Below, piece by piece: positions 39,701 through 48,967 of a stretch of 64,000 nucleotides of DNA; position 1 is the stretch's first letter, and the number at the start of each line of letters is the position of its first letter. The stretch is from Macrostomum hystrix. Taxonomy: Eukaryota > Animalia > Platyhelminthes. A program made the position numbers and the translations under genes. The notes beneath the pieces are model-generated. The model saw only the letters and a program-made list of their open reading frames with translations. It was not told where the DNA came from and made no database searches. The stretch spans positions 1,178,001 to 1,242,000 of the forward strand of contig CATNEN010000011.1 of the NCBI GenBank assembly GCA_950097015.1, written 5' to 3'.

Positions 39701-42700
39701 TCATTAGATTTGATCTTCGTTGCATCGTACCCCGCGCGCTCGTGCCTAGGTCGTTGCTGCACTCGAAAGCAGTGCGTCATATCTTCATTAAATTAACTAT
39801 TAATGTAAGACTTATTGACCTTAAAGTCGTGATTCCGGCGCTCTAACAACCGCTAAGTTGTCTTATTATATATTTTTTCTTCTTTTCAACTTGATAAATA
39901 TGAAAATTGCGATTCCAAAAAATGCCATCGAAATTGCGAGGCCTTGCAACTCTAGTCTGTGAAATTTGTAACTTATTAACGAAATTGTCTTAGTCATTGT
40001 GAAAACTCGGGTATGATATTGTTAACTATCGATAAACTCATCAGGCTTCGGCATCAGCTGTCGTCTAGAATTGAAGTGTTCCTACCAGCTGGCGGCCTAC
40101 TATTGGCTCGCGGCTCCCTAATGCGCGATTGGCTAATTTCAATTCCACCGGATCCAATCAGAGCTCAGCAGCCATGCGCACTCCTAGCCTTCAGATTAGT
40201 TGCGTCCCGACCTGGCGAGAGGTTGACCGTTCTGCCAGATCGCAGCCACTGTTCGGCCCTGTCTGAGCGTCGCGGCAGTCTACCTGCAGAGCTCTGGTTC
40301 ACTCGAGCCGGCCTCAGCAAGCGTATAATTTTGAATGCCACCAAAGCTCTATTTGCTTGGCCTGATTGGTTGAGACCGGGTGAAGATTTTTCGCCAATTA
40401 GTGGCCAAAGTGTCACTTGTAAGACTGTGCACTTTTCCGCTAGCGGCGGTTTATGGCCCGACTGGATTGCTAGACTAGCGCGTTCTGTTAGCGAGGCTAC
40501 GGACAATGCTAAGCACGGCTTACCCAACTATGCTCACATTGAGGCTCTGCTAATGCAACGCATTAACGATCATCTGGCTTGGCAAACTAGCGATATTGGA
40601 CCTTTCATGGCTGTGGTTGCTATGGGAAATGAAGAGGTAAATTCATTTCTAATGATTTCACATCTCAATATAAACAATTAACTACCTGATCCTAGATCCT
40701 CAGGCAATTAACTACCCGATCCCAGATCCCATTAGCTTCTTAGCTACCTGATTCCAGATCCTCAGCTATTAAACTATCTGAAATCAGATCCTCAGATAAG
40801 CTAGCTGATCCCAGATCCTCAGATAAGCTACCTGATCCCAGAGCCTCAGATAAGCTACCTGATCCCAGATCCTCAGATAAGCTAGTTGATCCCAGATCCT
40901 CAGATAAGCTAGCTGATCCCAGATCCTCAAATAAGCTACCTGATCCCAGATCCTCAGATAAGCTAGCTGATCCCGGATCCTCAGATAAGCTACCTGATTC
41001 CAGATCCTCAGATACGCTTGCTGATCCCAGAGCATCAGATAAGCTAGCTGATCCCAGATCCTCAGATAAGCTAGCTGATCCCAGATCCTCAAATAAGCTT
41101 GCTGATCCCAGAGCCTCAGATAGGCTACCTGATCCCAGATCCTCAGATAAGCTTGCTGATCCCAGATCCTCAGATAAGCTTGCTGATCCCAGATCCTCAG
41201 ATAAGCTTGCTGATCCCAGAGCCTCAGATAAGCTACCTGATTCCAGATCCTCAGATAAGCTAGCTGATCCCAGATCCTCAGATAGGCTAGCTGATCCCAG
41301 ATCCTCAGATAAGCTAGCTGATCCCAGATCCTCAGATAAGCTAGCTGATCCCAGATCCTCAGATAAGCTAGCTGATTCCAGATCCTCAGATAAGCTTGCT
41401 GATCCCAGATCCTCAGATAAGCTAACTGATCCCAGATCCTCAGATAAGCTAGCTGATCCCAGATCCTCAGATAAGCTACCTGATCCCAGATCCTCAGATA
41501 AGCTTGCTGATCCCAGAGCCTCAGATAAGCTACCTGATACCAGATCCTCAGGTAAGCTAGCTGATCCCAGATCCTCAGATAAGCTAGCTGATCCCAGATC
41601 CTCAATTAAGCTACCTGATCCCAGATCATCAGATACGCTTGCTGATCCCAGAGCATCAGATAAGCTAGCTGATCCCAGATCCTCAGATAAGCTAGCTGAT
41701 CCCAGATCCTGAAATAAGCTTGCTGATCCCAGAGCCTCAGATAAGCTACCTGATCCCAGATCCTCAGATAAGCTTGCTGATCCCAGATCCTCAGATAGGC
41801 TAGCTGATCCCAGATCCTCAGATAAGCTTGCTGATCCCAGAGCCTCAGATAAGCTTGCTGATCCCAGATCCTCAGATAAGCTAAGCTAGCTGATTCCAGA
41901 TCCTCAGATAAGCTAGCTGATCCCAGATCCTCAGATAGGCTAGCTGATCCCAGATCCTCAGATAAGCTAGCTGATCCCAGATCCTCAGATAAGCTAGCTG
42001 ATCCCAGATCCTCAGATAAGCTTGCTGATCCCAGATCCTCAGATAAGCTTGCTGATCCCAGATCCTCAGATAAGCTAGCTGATCCCAGATCCTCAGATAA
42101 GCTACCTGATTCCAGATCCTCAGATAAGCTAGCTGATCCCAGATCCTCAGATAAGCTACCTGATCCCAGATCCTCAGATAAGCTAACTGATCCCAGATCC
42201 TCAGATAAGCTACCTGATTCCAGATCCTCAGATAAGCTAGCTGATCCCAGATCCTCAGATAAGCTACCTGATTCCAGATCCTCAGATAAGCTAGCTGATC
42301 CCAGATCCTCAGATAAGCTACCTGATCCCAGATCCTCAGATAAGCTAGCTGATCCCAGATCCTCAAATAAGCTACCTGATCCCAGATCCTCAGATAAGCT
42401 AGCTGATCCCAGATACTCAGATAAGCTACCTGATCCTAGATCCTCATAATACCTGATCTTAATTCTCAAGTTAGTATCAGTAATAATAACCCGAAACTTT
42501 TTGTTTCCATCGCTGACCAGGTTCGTCGACCCCTAGAGATGCGACGTCGTCCAGTTTCAAAGAGCAGCCTTGGCGATCGAGATGACGAAGATGTCCGCGG
42601 ACAGCTGATGTCAGCTTCGATTGTCCTCGGCTCACGCGACATTCTAAACCTGCGCCACGGCTTCTTTCGCGATTGGCAATTCCGCCTGCCGCGACATCGC

Positions 42701-43039
42701 GAAGGCAGCGGCGGTCGGGGAGTGCTCTTCCTTCTATTCCGCCTGTCGGCTCCGCTACCAGCTGGTCCACCGGCGACTTCCCAGCAGACGAAATCCTCCC
42801 TGAAACTGTCGGCCCAGAGACCGGGCGTGTTTCTATTTACGGAGCCCGAAGCTTGTCCTCACCTGTGCAAGTGCTGCTCTCGCTGCTCTGAAGCTGTCAG
42901 CCTGATGGCACTGAATGGCAGCTTGTCAGATCGCAGTGCCCTAGGCTGTCCCCTGTGCGTCAAAGAGATAGGGCGAAGTGTACGGCTGAGCGGTATCCCT
43001 ACTGTCAAGGGGACAGGCCGGACCAGTTTGATTGATTGA
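24721..43039 (+). CDS. 636-aa protein with two tandem ALKBH3-like (AlkB/2OG-Fe(II)) domains lacking catalytic His residues plus a C-terminal half-RING Cys/His motif; exons 24721-25202, 25375-25692, 40045-40636, 42521-43039
   Basis: Exons join by GT-AG in phases 2, 2, 0 (1911 nt, single ORF). GAYELS, LFEELLHGLPW, FNSVVCRLYRD, PSLGRHPSVAWLLLG and IEVFLPAGGLLLARG..MRDWLISIP...LAFR are colinear with ALKBH3 (GVYEIS, ILEQLCQDVPW, FNSLLCNLYRN, PSLGRCPIIASLSFG, VKIPLDHGTLLIMEG..QADWQHRVP...LTFR). A second copy reads DHLAWQTSD...DWQFRLP...LLFR. Confidence 0.8.
26010..27400 (-). mobile_element. Degenerate P-element/THAP9-like transposase C-terminal remnant
   Basis: CPSCAELL...LRQINRGALTKPSDIAFSICKEAWKI and RSGG...QLLAAYR resemble the P transposase C-terminus; stops and frameshifts present. 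Confidence 0.55.
27835..28170. repeat. 44-bp minisatellite inside the TIR element
   Basis: Unit AAACAATGGAAAAATGAGGGACAACAATGGCATCGCAGCAAGGC, about 7 copies. Confidence 0.92.
28235..28637 (-). pseudogene. Spliced 3' fragment of a BEN/DUF4806-like transposon accessory gene; exons 28637-28448 and 28332-28235
   Basis: LKMLVAKPFRTAFNMTGRN...LLIPLLID|ANAPLNSAAEDVLRDRTRRFFKDAKKQ with GT-AG sites in phase. Family assignment from recalled motif only. Confidence 0.45.
32277..33198 (-). mobile_element. 5'-truncated RTE-like LINE (reverse transcriptase C-terminal half)
   Basis: LAYADDVAL, GLHINYNKTEV, DFKYLG, FRSAVESVLAYG and LAGHCLR; (ATT)n tail; 14-bp TSD TACTACGATTAATA at 32263-32276 and 33199-33212; one frameshift near the 5' end. 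Confidence 0.9.
33228..34412 (-). mobile_element. Possible solo LTR
   Basis: On the - strand begins TGTAGT and ends GCAACA, with a TATAAAAG box near 33910 and CACGTG motifs. No TSD found. Confidence 0.3.
34482..34709 (-). mobile_element. Possible pogo/Tigger DDE transposase remnant
   Basis: EFLEFLPIF...LILFDGHSH resembles the pogo LLILDGHSSH motif; very short. Confidence 0.25.
35110..36459 (-). pseudogene. Near full-length Crypton-type tyrosine recombinase transposase, frameshifted
   Basis: KEGKYYAPSSLGCIRAGIQRYL, GERGQEHLR (catalytic R), LSKLYTNHCIR (HxxR), then after a 93-nt GT-AG intron (35334-35242) DIMLNTGQKCEKTVKRYL (catalytic Y region). Frameshifts around 35420-35600 and at the intron junction. 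Confidence 0.8.
37060..37440 (-). mobile_element. Crypton/DUF3504 (ZMYM-type) fragment
   Basis: RNYLLKMFMLEVRKVDAT*YNATTL...LWKDAACKDARVALDAAMK parallels the DUF3504 LEVRKKDGxEY...LDAxMK motif; contains stops. Confidence 0.65.
38307..38380. repeat. 28-bp near-perfect inverted repeat (hairpin)
   Basis: TAATACCAGGCTTTTGCGTGCGGAAATG versus CATTTCCGCACTTAAAAGCCTGGTATTA, 18-nt spacer. Confidence 0.85.
38647..39780 (-). mobile_element. Two partial Crypton-like fragments with duplicated N-terminal part; one joined directly to a C-terminal tail
   Basis: YDATKVQSTEKQEVAAVRK versus YDATKIKSNEKQEVFAIRK duplication; TLRKEEKTFYATTTLICVRAGLYRYF Crypton motif; C-terminal MSDVLS...SGSFSNCNFKF. Confidence 0.6.
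40680..42460. repeat. 27-bp minisatellite (GATCCCAGATCCTCAGATAAGCTAGCT) filling the last intron of the AlkB-like gene
   Basis: About 65 tandem copies. Confidence 0.96.
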
Positions 43040-43189
43040 GTTTTCGATAAGTTTTCTAGGAAATGTTTTGTCTTAGAAACGACTCATATTTTCTGCAGTT
43101 GTTTACAATAGCTTGTATATACAAAGACTATAGATTAGAATGACTAGATAAACTGGGATTCCAATTAGGATCGAATCTACTAAGGAATT

Positions 43190-43745
43190 GGGATTCCGAT
43201 TGAGATCAGAGCTAGTAGAGGGATTGGGATCAGAGCTAGTAGAGGGATTGGGATCAGAGCTAGTAGAGGGATTGGGATCAGAGCTAGTAGAGGGATTGGG
43301 ATCAGAGCTAGTAGAGGGATTGGGATCAGAGCTAGTAGAGGGATTGGGATCAGAGCTAGTAGAGGGATTGGGATCAGAGCTAGTAGAGGGATTGGGGTCA
43401 GAGCTAGTAAAGGGATTGGGATCAGAGCTAGTAGAGGGATTGGGATCAGAGCTAGTAGAGGGATTGGGATCAGAGCTAGTAGAGGGATTGGGATCAGAGC
43501 TAGTAGAGGGATTGGGATCAGAGCTAGTAGAGGGATTGGGGTCAGAGCTAGTAGAGGGATTGGGATCAGAGCTAGTAGAGGGATTGGGATCAGAGCTAGT
43601 AGAGGGATTGGGATCAGAGCTAGTAGAGGGATTGGGGTCAGAGCTAGTAGAGGGATTGGGATCAGAGCTAGTAGAGGGATTGGGATCAGAGCTAGTAGAG
43701 GGATTGGGATCAGAGCTAGTAGAGGGATTGGGATCAGAGCTAGTA
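43190..43745. repeat. 24-bp minisatellite (GGGATTGGGATCAGAGCTAGTAGA)
   Basis: About 23 highly homogeneous copies. Confidence 0.96.
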
Positions 43746-44488
43746 CAGCACTTTTGCATCCTGATTCCGGATCTTTTTTAGTAGAGAGAATCCGTATTTG
43801 GGACTAACTGTCGTGATTGTCTGGTATACAAAAGTTCATTAATCTGTGATTAATCCAAGGCTCAATGTTTTACCTGTTTAAATGTTGCTTTAGCTTATTT
43901 GTTTTGTCTTGTTTCTTGTTGTCTTTTTAGACGCAAAAATGATTTTTGAAGTAAGTTTTTTAAGCTGTGATATTACATTGTAAGGCTTTGATATTATTAT
44001 TTTTCTATTTTTGCCATCTTTTTTGTATTAGTATAAGGACACAGTGAGTGTATTACTTTACCGTTTTTTTATATTCTCAGCTGCCTTATACAAGATACTG
44101 TTGTACAAGTTTACTTAGCTTTTTTATCTTTTATGCTCTTTGTTGTATTCGATTTATAATTTTTTTAATGCCATTAACTTGATAAGGTTACAGTTGTACT
44201 TTAGCGATCCAGTTATTATTTAGATGTGTAGATGAAGTAGAATTTATATTTACTCTTATTTTATTAAATTGTATAGTACACTGTTGTTGTCCCAAATATA
44301 CAAGTTCTCTTCATAAAAAAATATTCAATACTTCCATTGTTGCTCTTTTCACAGATTTTAGATAAACAAAATGAAGCATTTAATTAGTCTTTATCCGCGA
44401 TTAAAAAATACGTTTTTTCCGACTAGTCTTTGTAGGATTAGCGGCTAAAAAGTAGCTAAATTAAATTGATTCACAGTAGGTAAAAACT

Positions 44489-44552
44489 TGGTTAATAGGT
44501 TGGCCGTTTCACCCCAAGGTCCCTGAGCTCGATTCCGTTTCGAGGCCACATT
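44489..44552 (+). mobile_element. SINE family A tRNA-like head fragment
   Basis: GGTTAAT...CCAAGGTCCCTGAGCTCGATTCC...GCCACATT matches the head at 63233-63160. Confidence 0.55.
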
Positions 44553-44941
44553 GCATCTCTCCGGCTGGTACTTAATGATGTGCCAGTGCCTACAACTCTC
44601 CTGCAGATATTATTTATATTAATAGCTGTTGGTCTAGTCATTGTGTAGGATAAGCCAGTACTAATATTTTGAGAAGGACGTTAACTTTATTAATTAGTGA
44701 CTACTCATCAGTAGTAACCAATTGACAAGTCATTTTTGTATCATAAGCTACAAGTATATAATGTAGTCTTTGTGTCAAAAAGTTACTAACTTTAGATAAA
44801 TTAACTAGTCTTTGTGTCGGACAGGTTATCTCTGGTATCTAAGATTATCCTATCTCTCTATCTATGAAGATAAATTAATTAATGTTTGTGTCGGATGGGA
44901 TAGGTTAGTAGAAGTAGCTTAATTGTCTAGTCTTTGTCTAA

Positions 44942-46467
44942 ATGACTATTCTAGCGAGCATGAGTGACGCATCGAAGCCCAAGCGGGAGTCGGGCAAGCA
45001 GCCAAGATGTACCAATAGTCGCAGCGAGGTGACGGGCATCATGATGACGGCGGCTGTCGCTCTGCCTGCCATCCTGGCCTATTTCTCTGTGCTGATGCCG
45101 CGCTTTGCTGACTGGCTGGCCATCGATAGCAAGCAAGCCGCTGATCCGAATTTTCGACTACTGTTTACTCTGCGCTGGCTTGCTCCCGTCTGCCTGACTT
45201 TAGTGCTCAACATCCAGGCTGTGGCAACTAGCAGGCTGCTCAGCCCCGCTATCGATGGCTCAACCCCGCATCCGCGAACTGACCTGCTGCGCAATATCCT
45301 GCAGAATACTGTGGAACAGGTGGGAACTTACTCATCTACTCAACCAGCTCCTCATCTACTCAACTAGCACCTCATCTACAAAAACAGCTCCTCATCTACT
45401 CAACCAGCTCATTACTCAACACCATTTTTGACGCCATCATCTCACCCAGAAACCCCACCAACTCACCCATAACCCCTATCAACTCACCCAGAACCCCAAT
45501 CAACTCACCCAGAACCCCTATCAACTCACCCAGAACCCCTATCAACTCACCCAGAACCCCTATCAACTCACTCAGAATCCCTATCAACTCACATAGAACC
45601 CCTATCAACTCACATAGAACCCCTATCAACTCACATAGAACCCCTATCAACTCACCCAGAACCCCTATCAACTCACATAGAACCCCTATCAACTCACATA
45701 GAATCCCTATCAACTCACCCAGAACCCCTATCAACTCACATAGAACCCCTATCAACTCACATAGAACCCCTATCAACTCACATAGAATCCCTATCAACTC
45801 ACCCAGAACCCCTATCAACTCACATAGAACCCCTATCAACTCACATAGAACCCCTATCAACTCACATAGAATCCCTATCAACTCACCCAGAACCCCTATC
45901 AACTCACATAGAACCCCTATCAACTCACATAGAACCCCTATCAACTCACATAGAATCCCTATCAACTCACCCAGAACCCCTATCAACTCACATAGAACCC
46001 CTATCAACTCACATAGAACCCCTATCAACTCACATAGAACCCCTATCAACTCACATAGAATCCCTATCAACTCACCCAGAACCCCTATCAACTCACATAG
46101 AATCCCTATCAACTCACCCAGAACCCCTATCAACTCACATAGAACCCCTATCAACTCACATAGAACCCCTATCAACTCACATTGAACTCAGTCAGTAAGT
46201 CAGTCAGTCAATTGACTCAATGATAAAAATATTTCCCAATTTCAGTCGCTACTCATAACGCTGAATCTGCTAGCCCTGTCCCAGAATCTGGCTGCTCATC
46301 AGTTGGTCATCATTCCAATGATTGTGCTACTGTTTGTCACTGGTAGGCTGGTATTCGCTATTGGCTACATGATCTGGCCAACTAGGCGCGCGCTGGGTTT
46401 TGTGCTCACCTTTATGCCAAATGTTGTCATGGTCGGTCACAATTTGCGTTGTCTAATTAAAGTTTAG
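44942..46467 (+). CDS. TMEM79-like (MAPEG-superfamily) membrane protein, 199 aa; exons 44942-45319 and 46246-46467
   Basis: Several hydrophobic helices; LQNTVEQ|[11 protein letters not shown] and [19 protein letters not shown]...[11 protein letters not shown] match TMEM79/MAPEG motifs. Phase-0 GT-AG junction. Confidence 0.8.
45470..46180. repeat. 21-bp minisatellite (CCTATCAACTCACATAGAACC), TMEM79-like intron
   Basis: Tandem periodicity. Confidence 0.95.
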
Positions 46468-46779
46468 ATTGTCAATGGTTTGTTTGTGATTTTAACTATA
46501 ATTGATTTTACCGCTTTCGTTTTTTAAGTCTATATTTATTTAGCTCGTGAAAGAACATTGTAGCGACTGATAATGACAAAATTTTTGCGTGATTTCTGAC
46601 TATTTCATTCTGATTAGTTACTTTTTAATATAAATACATTGACACAATTTTACTATAAATTTTTATCTTTTTTACCAGATGTTCTGTCCTACAGAGTTTT
46701 TATATCCCTCTTACCCAGGCTACAAAAAATTGATAATAACTCTACAGAAATTCATTCCCAATCTCCTATACTAAACAAG

Positions 46780-47690
46780 GCACCTTATCTACTCAACCAG
46801 CTCCTCATCTACTTACTCATCCAGCTCCTGATCTACTCAACCAGCTCCTCATCTACTCATCCAGCTCCTGATCTACTCATCCAGCTCCTGATCTACTTAC
46901 TCATCCAGCTCCTCATCTACTCAACCTGCTCCTGATCTACTCAACCAGCTCCTCATCTACTCATCCAGCTCCTCATCTACTTACTCATCCAGCTCCTGAT
47001 CTACTCAACCAGCTCCTCATCTACTTACTCATCCAGCTCCTGATCTACTCAACCAGCTCCTCATCTACTCATCCAGCTCCTCATCTACTCAACCTGCTCC
47101 TGATCTACTCAACCAGCTCCTCATCTACTCATCCAGCTCCTGATCTACTCAACCTGCTCCTCATCTACTCAACCAGCTCCTGATCTACTCAACCTGCTCC
47201 TCATCTACTCAACCAGCTCCTGATCTACTCAACCTGCTCCTCATCTACTCATCCAGCTCCTGATCTACTCATCCAGCTCCTCATCTACTCAACCAGCTCC
47301 TCATCTACTCAACCTGTTCCTTATCTACTCATCCAGCTCCTGATCTACTCATCCAGCTCCTCATCTACTCAACCAGCTCCTCATCTACTCAACCTGCTCC
47401 TCATCTACTCATCCAGCTCCTCATCTACTCATCCAGCTCCTGATCTACTCATCCAGCTCCTGATATACTCATCCAGCTCCTCATCTACTCAACCAGCTCC
47501 TCATCTACTCAACCAGCTCCTCATCTACTCAACCTGCTCCTGATCTACTCATCCAGCTCCTGATCTACTCATCCAGCTCCTCATCTACTCAACTAGCTCC
47601 CCATCTACTTACTCATCCAGCTCCTCATCTGCTCAAACAGCTCCTCATCTTCTCAACCAGCTCCTCATCTACTCAACCAGCTCCTCATCT
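46780..47690. repeat. 20/24-bp minisatellite (CTCCTCATCTACTCAACCAG), intergenic; short sister array at 45330-45410
   Basis: Tandem periodicity; the same unit starts the TMEM79-like intron. Confidence 0.94.
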
Positions 47691-47795
47691 TGTTGCTACT
47701 CAATCGGCAGTTATTAACGCATTTGTGTGTGAGTAATCATTAATTTCATATTTATAAGCGTTTATCACTTTCAGCAATTGTCTTAAAGCTGCGCC

Positions 47796-48967
47796 ATGTT
47801 CAGTAGACGTCTTATAAATCATGCGTTGAATATTCGCCATCCTCCGGCAGCCTTAGCAACTGTTGCCAGGCAACAGCGTCGATCCTACATGGTTCCAATA
47901 GTGATCGAACAGGACGGTAGAAACGAGCGCGCCTACGACGTCTACAGTAGACTATTGAAAGATCGCATCGTCTGTTTAATGGGCCCAGTCACACAGGAAC
48001 TTTCCAATGCTGTTATTGCCCAACTGCTGTTCCTGCAGTCAGATAGTCCGAAATCAACTATTCACATTTATATTAATAGTCCCGGTGGCTCCGTGACAGC
48101 CGGCCTAGCCATCTATGACACAATGCAATACGTTGCTAGCCCTGTAGCCACTTATTGCCTTGGCGAAGCCTGCAGTATGGGCTCCCTGCTACTGCAGGCC
48201 GGCCGGCCGGGTAAACGCTTCGCTTTGCCGAATTCTCGCGTTATGATTCACCAGCCAATGGGATCAGCTGGCGGTCAGGCTACGGATATGCAGATTCAGG
48301 TGCGAATTGGGATCTGCACCAATTAACCGTACATAACAGTGTCCAGCCTCTCCACCAACTAACCGTTCATAACAATGTCCAGCATCTCCACCAACTAACC
48401 GTTCATAACAATGTCCAGCATCTCCACCAACTAACCGTTCATAACAATGTCCAGCATCTCCACCAACTAACCGTTCATAACAATGTCCAGCATCCAGCCG
48501 TGAAGAGAAGGCTTGTGGGCTTGTCGTGCAATTTGCGACCTTGAACGCCAACCTCCAAGGCACAGTGAGAGTGTACACTGCCTGACGATAAGAAAGTCGG
48601 TGCAGAGATGTACACACCTGTGTGAGCTTGTGCCTGCCTGCAATATCTTTGTGCGTGTGATGTGCCAATGTCTATGGCCCTCGTTCTAACATTAACTAGT
48701 TATTAGCTCAAATTACACTATTCATTCGTCACCAACTTGCAGGTAGCTGAAATTATTCGCATGAAAACGGCCCTGTTAAAGATATACGCCAAGCACACTG
48801 GCCAACCGGAATCCGTCCTTGCCGAAGCCATGGAACGCGATCGTTTTATGTCGCCAACGGAGGCTATGCACTTCGGCCTGATTGACTCGGTGCTAGAGAG
48901 GCCTCCAGAGCAGGCTGAAGGTGAATCTACAGACAAGTCTGAAGGCTCCGGTGGGAAGTCTGGCTAG
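47796..48967 (+). CDS. CLPP: Mitochondrial ATP-dependent Clp protease proteolytic subunit, 242 aa; exons 47796-48299 and 48743-48967
   Basis: Arg-rich N-terminal presequence; [45 protein letters not shown] (Ser), RVMIHQP (His), ERDRFMSP (Asp). Phase-0 junction MQIQ|VAEI. Confidence 0.97.
48320..48492. repeat. 36-bp minisatellite in the CLPP intron
   Basis: Unit CCACCAACTAACCGTTCATAACAATGTCCAGCATCT, about 5 copies. Confidence 0.9.
48496..48690 (+). mobile_element. SINE family A, 5'-truncated copy in the CLPP intron
   Basis: Body alignable by eye to 16435-16560 and to 62990-63135 (inverted). Confidence 0.75.

Noticed and set aside
40784-43781. LRIWDQLAY, SEDLGS, STSSDPN and SELVEGLG repeat ORFs (superficially antifreeze- or mucin-like)
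   Set aside because: 27- and 24-bp minisatellites; units that are multiples of 3 stay open by chance.
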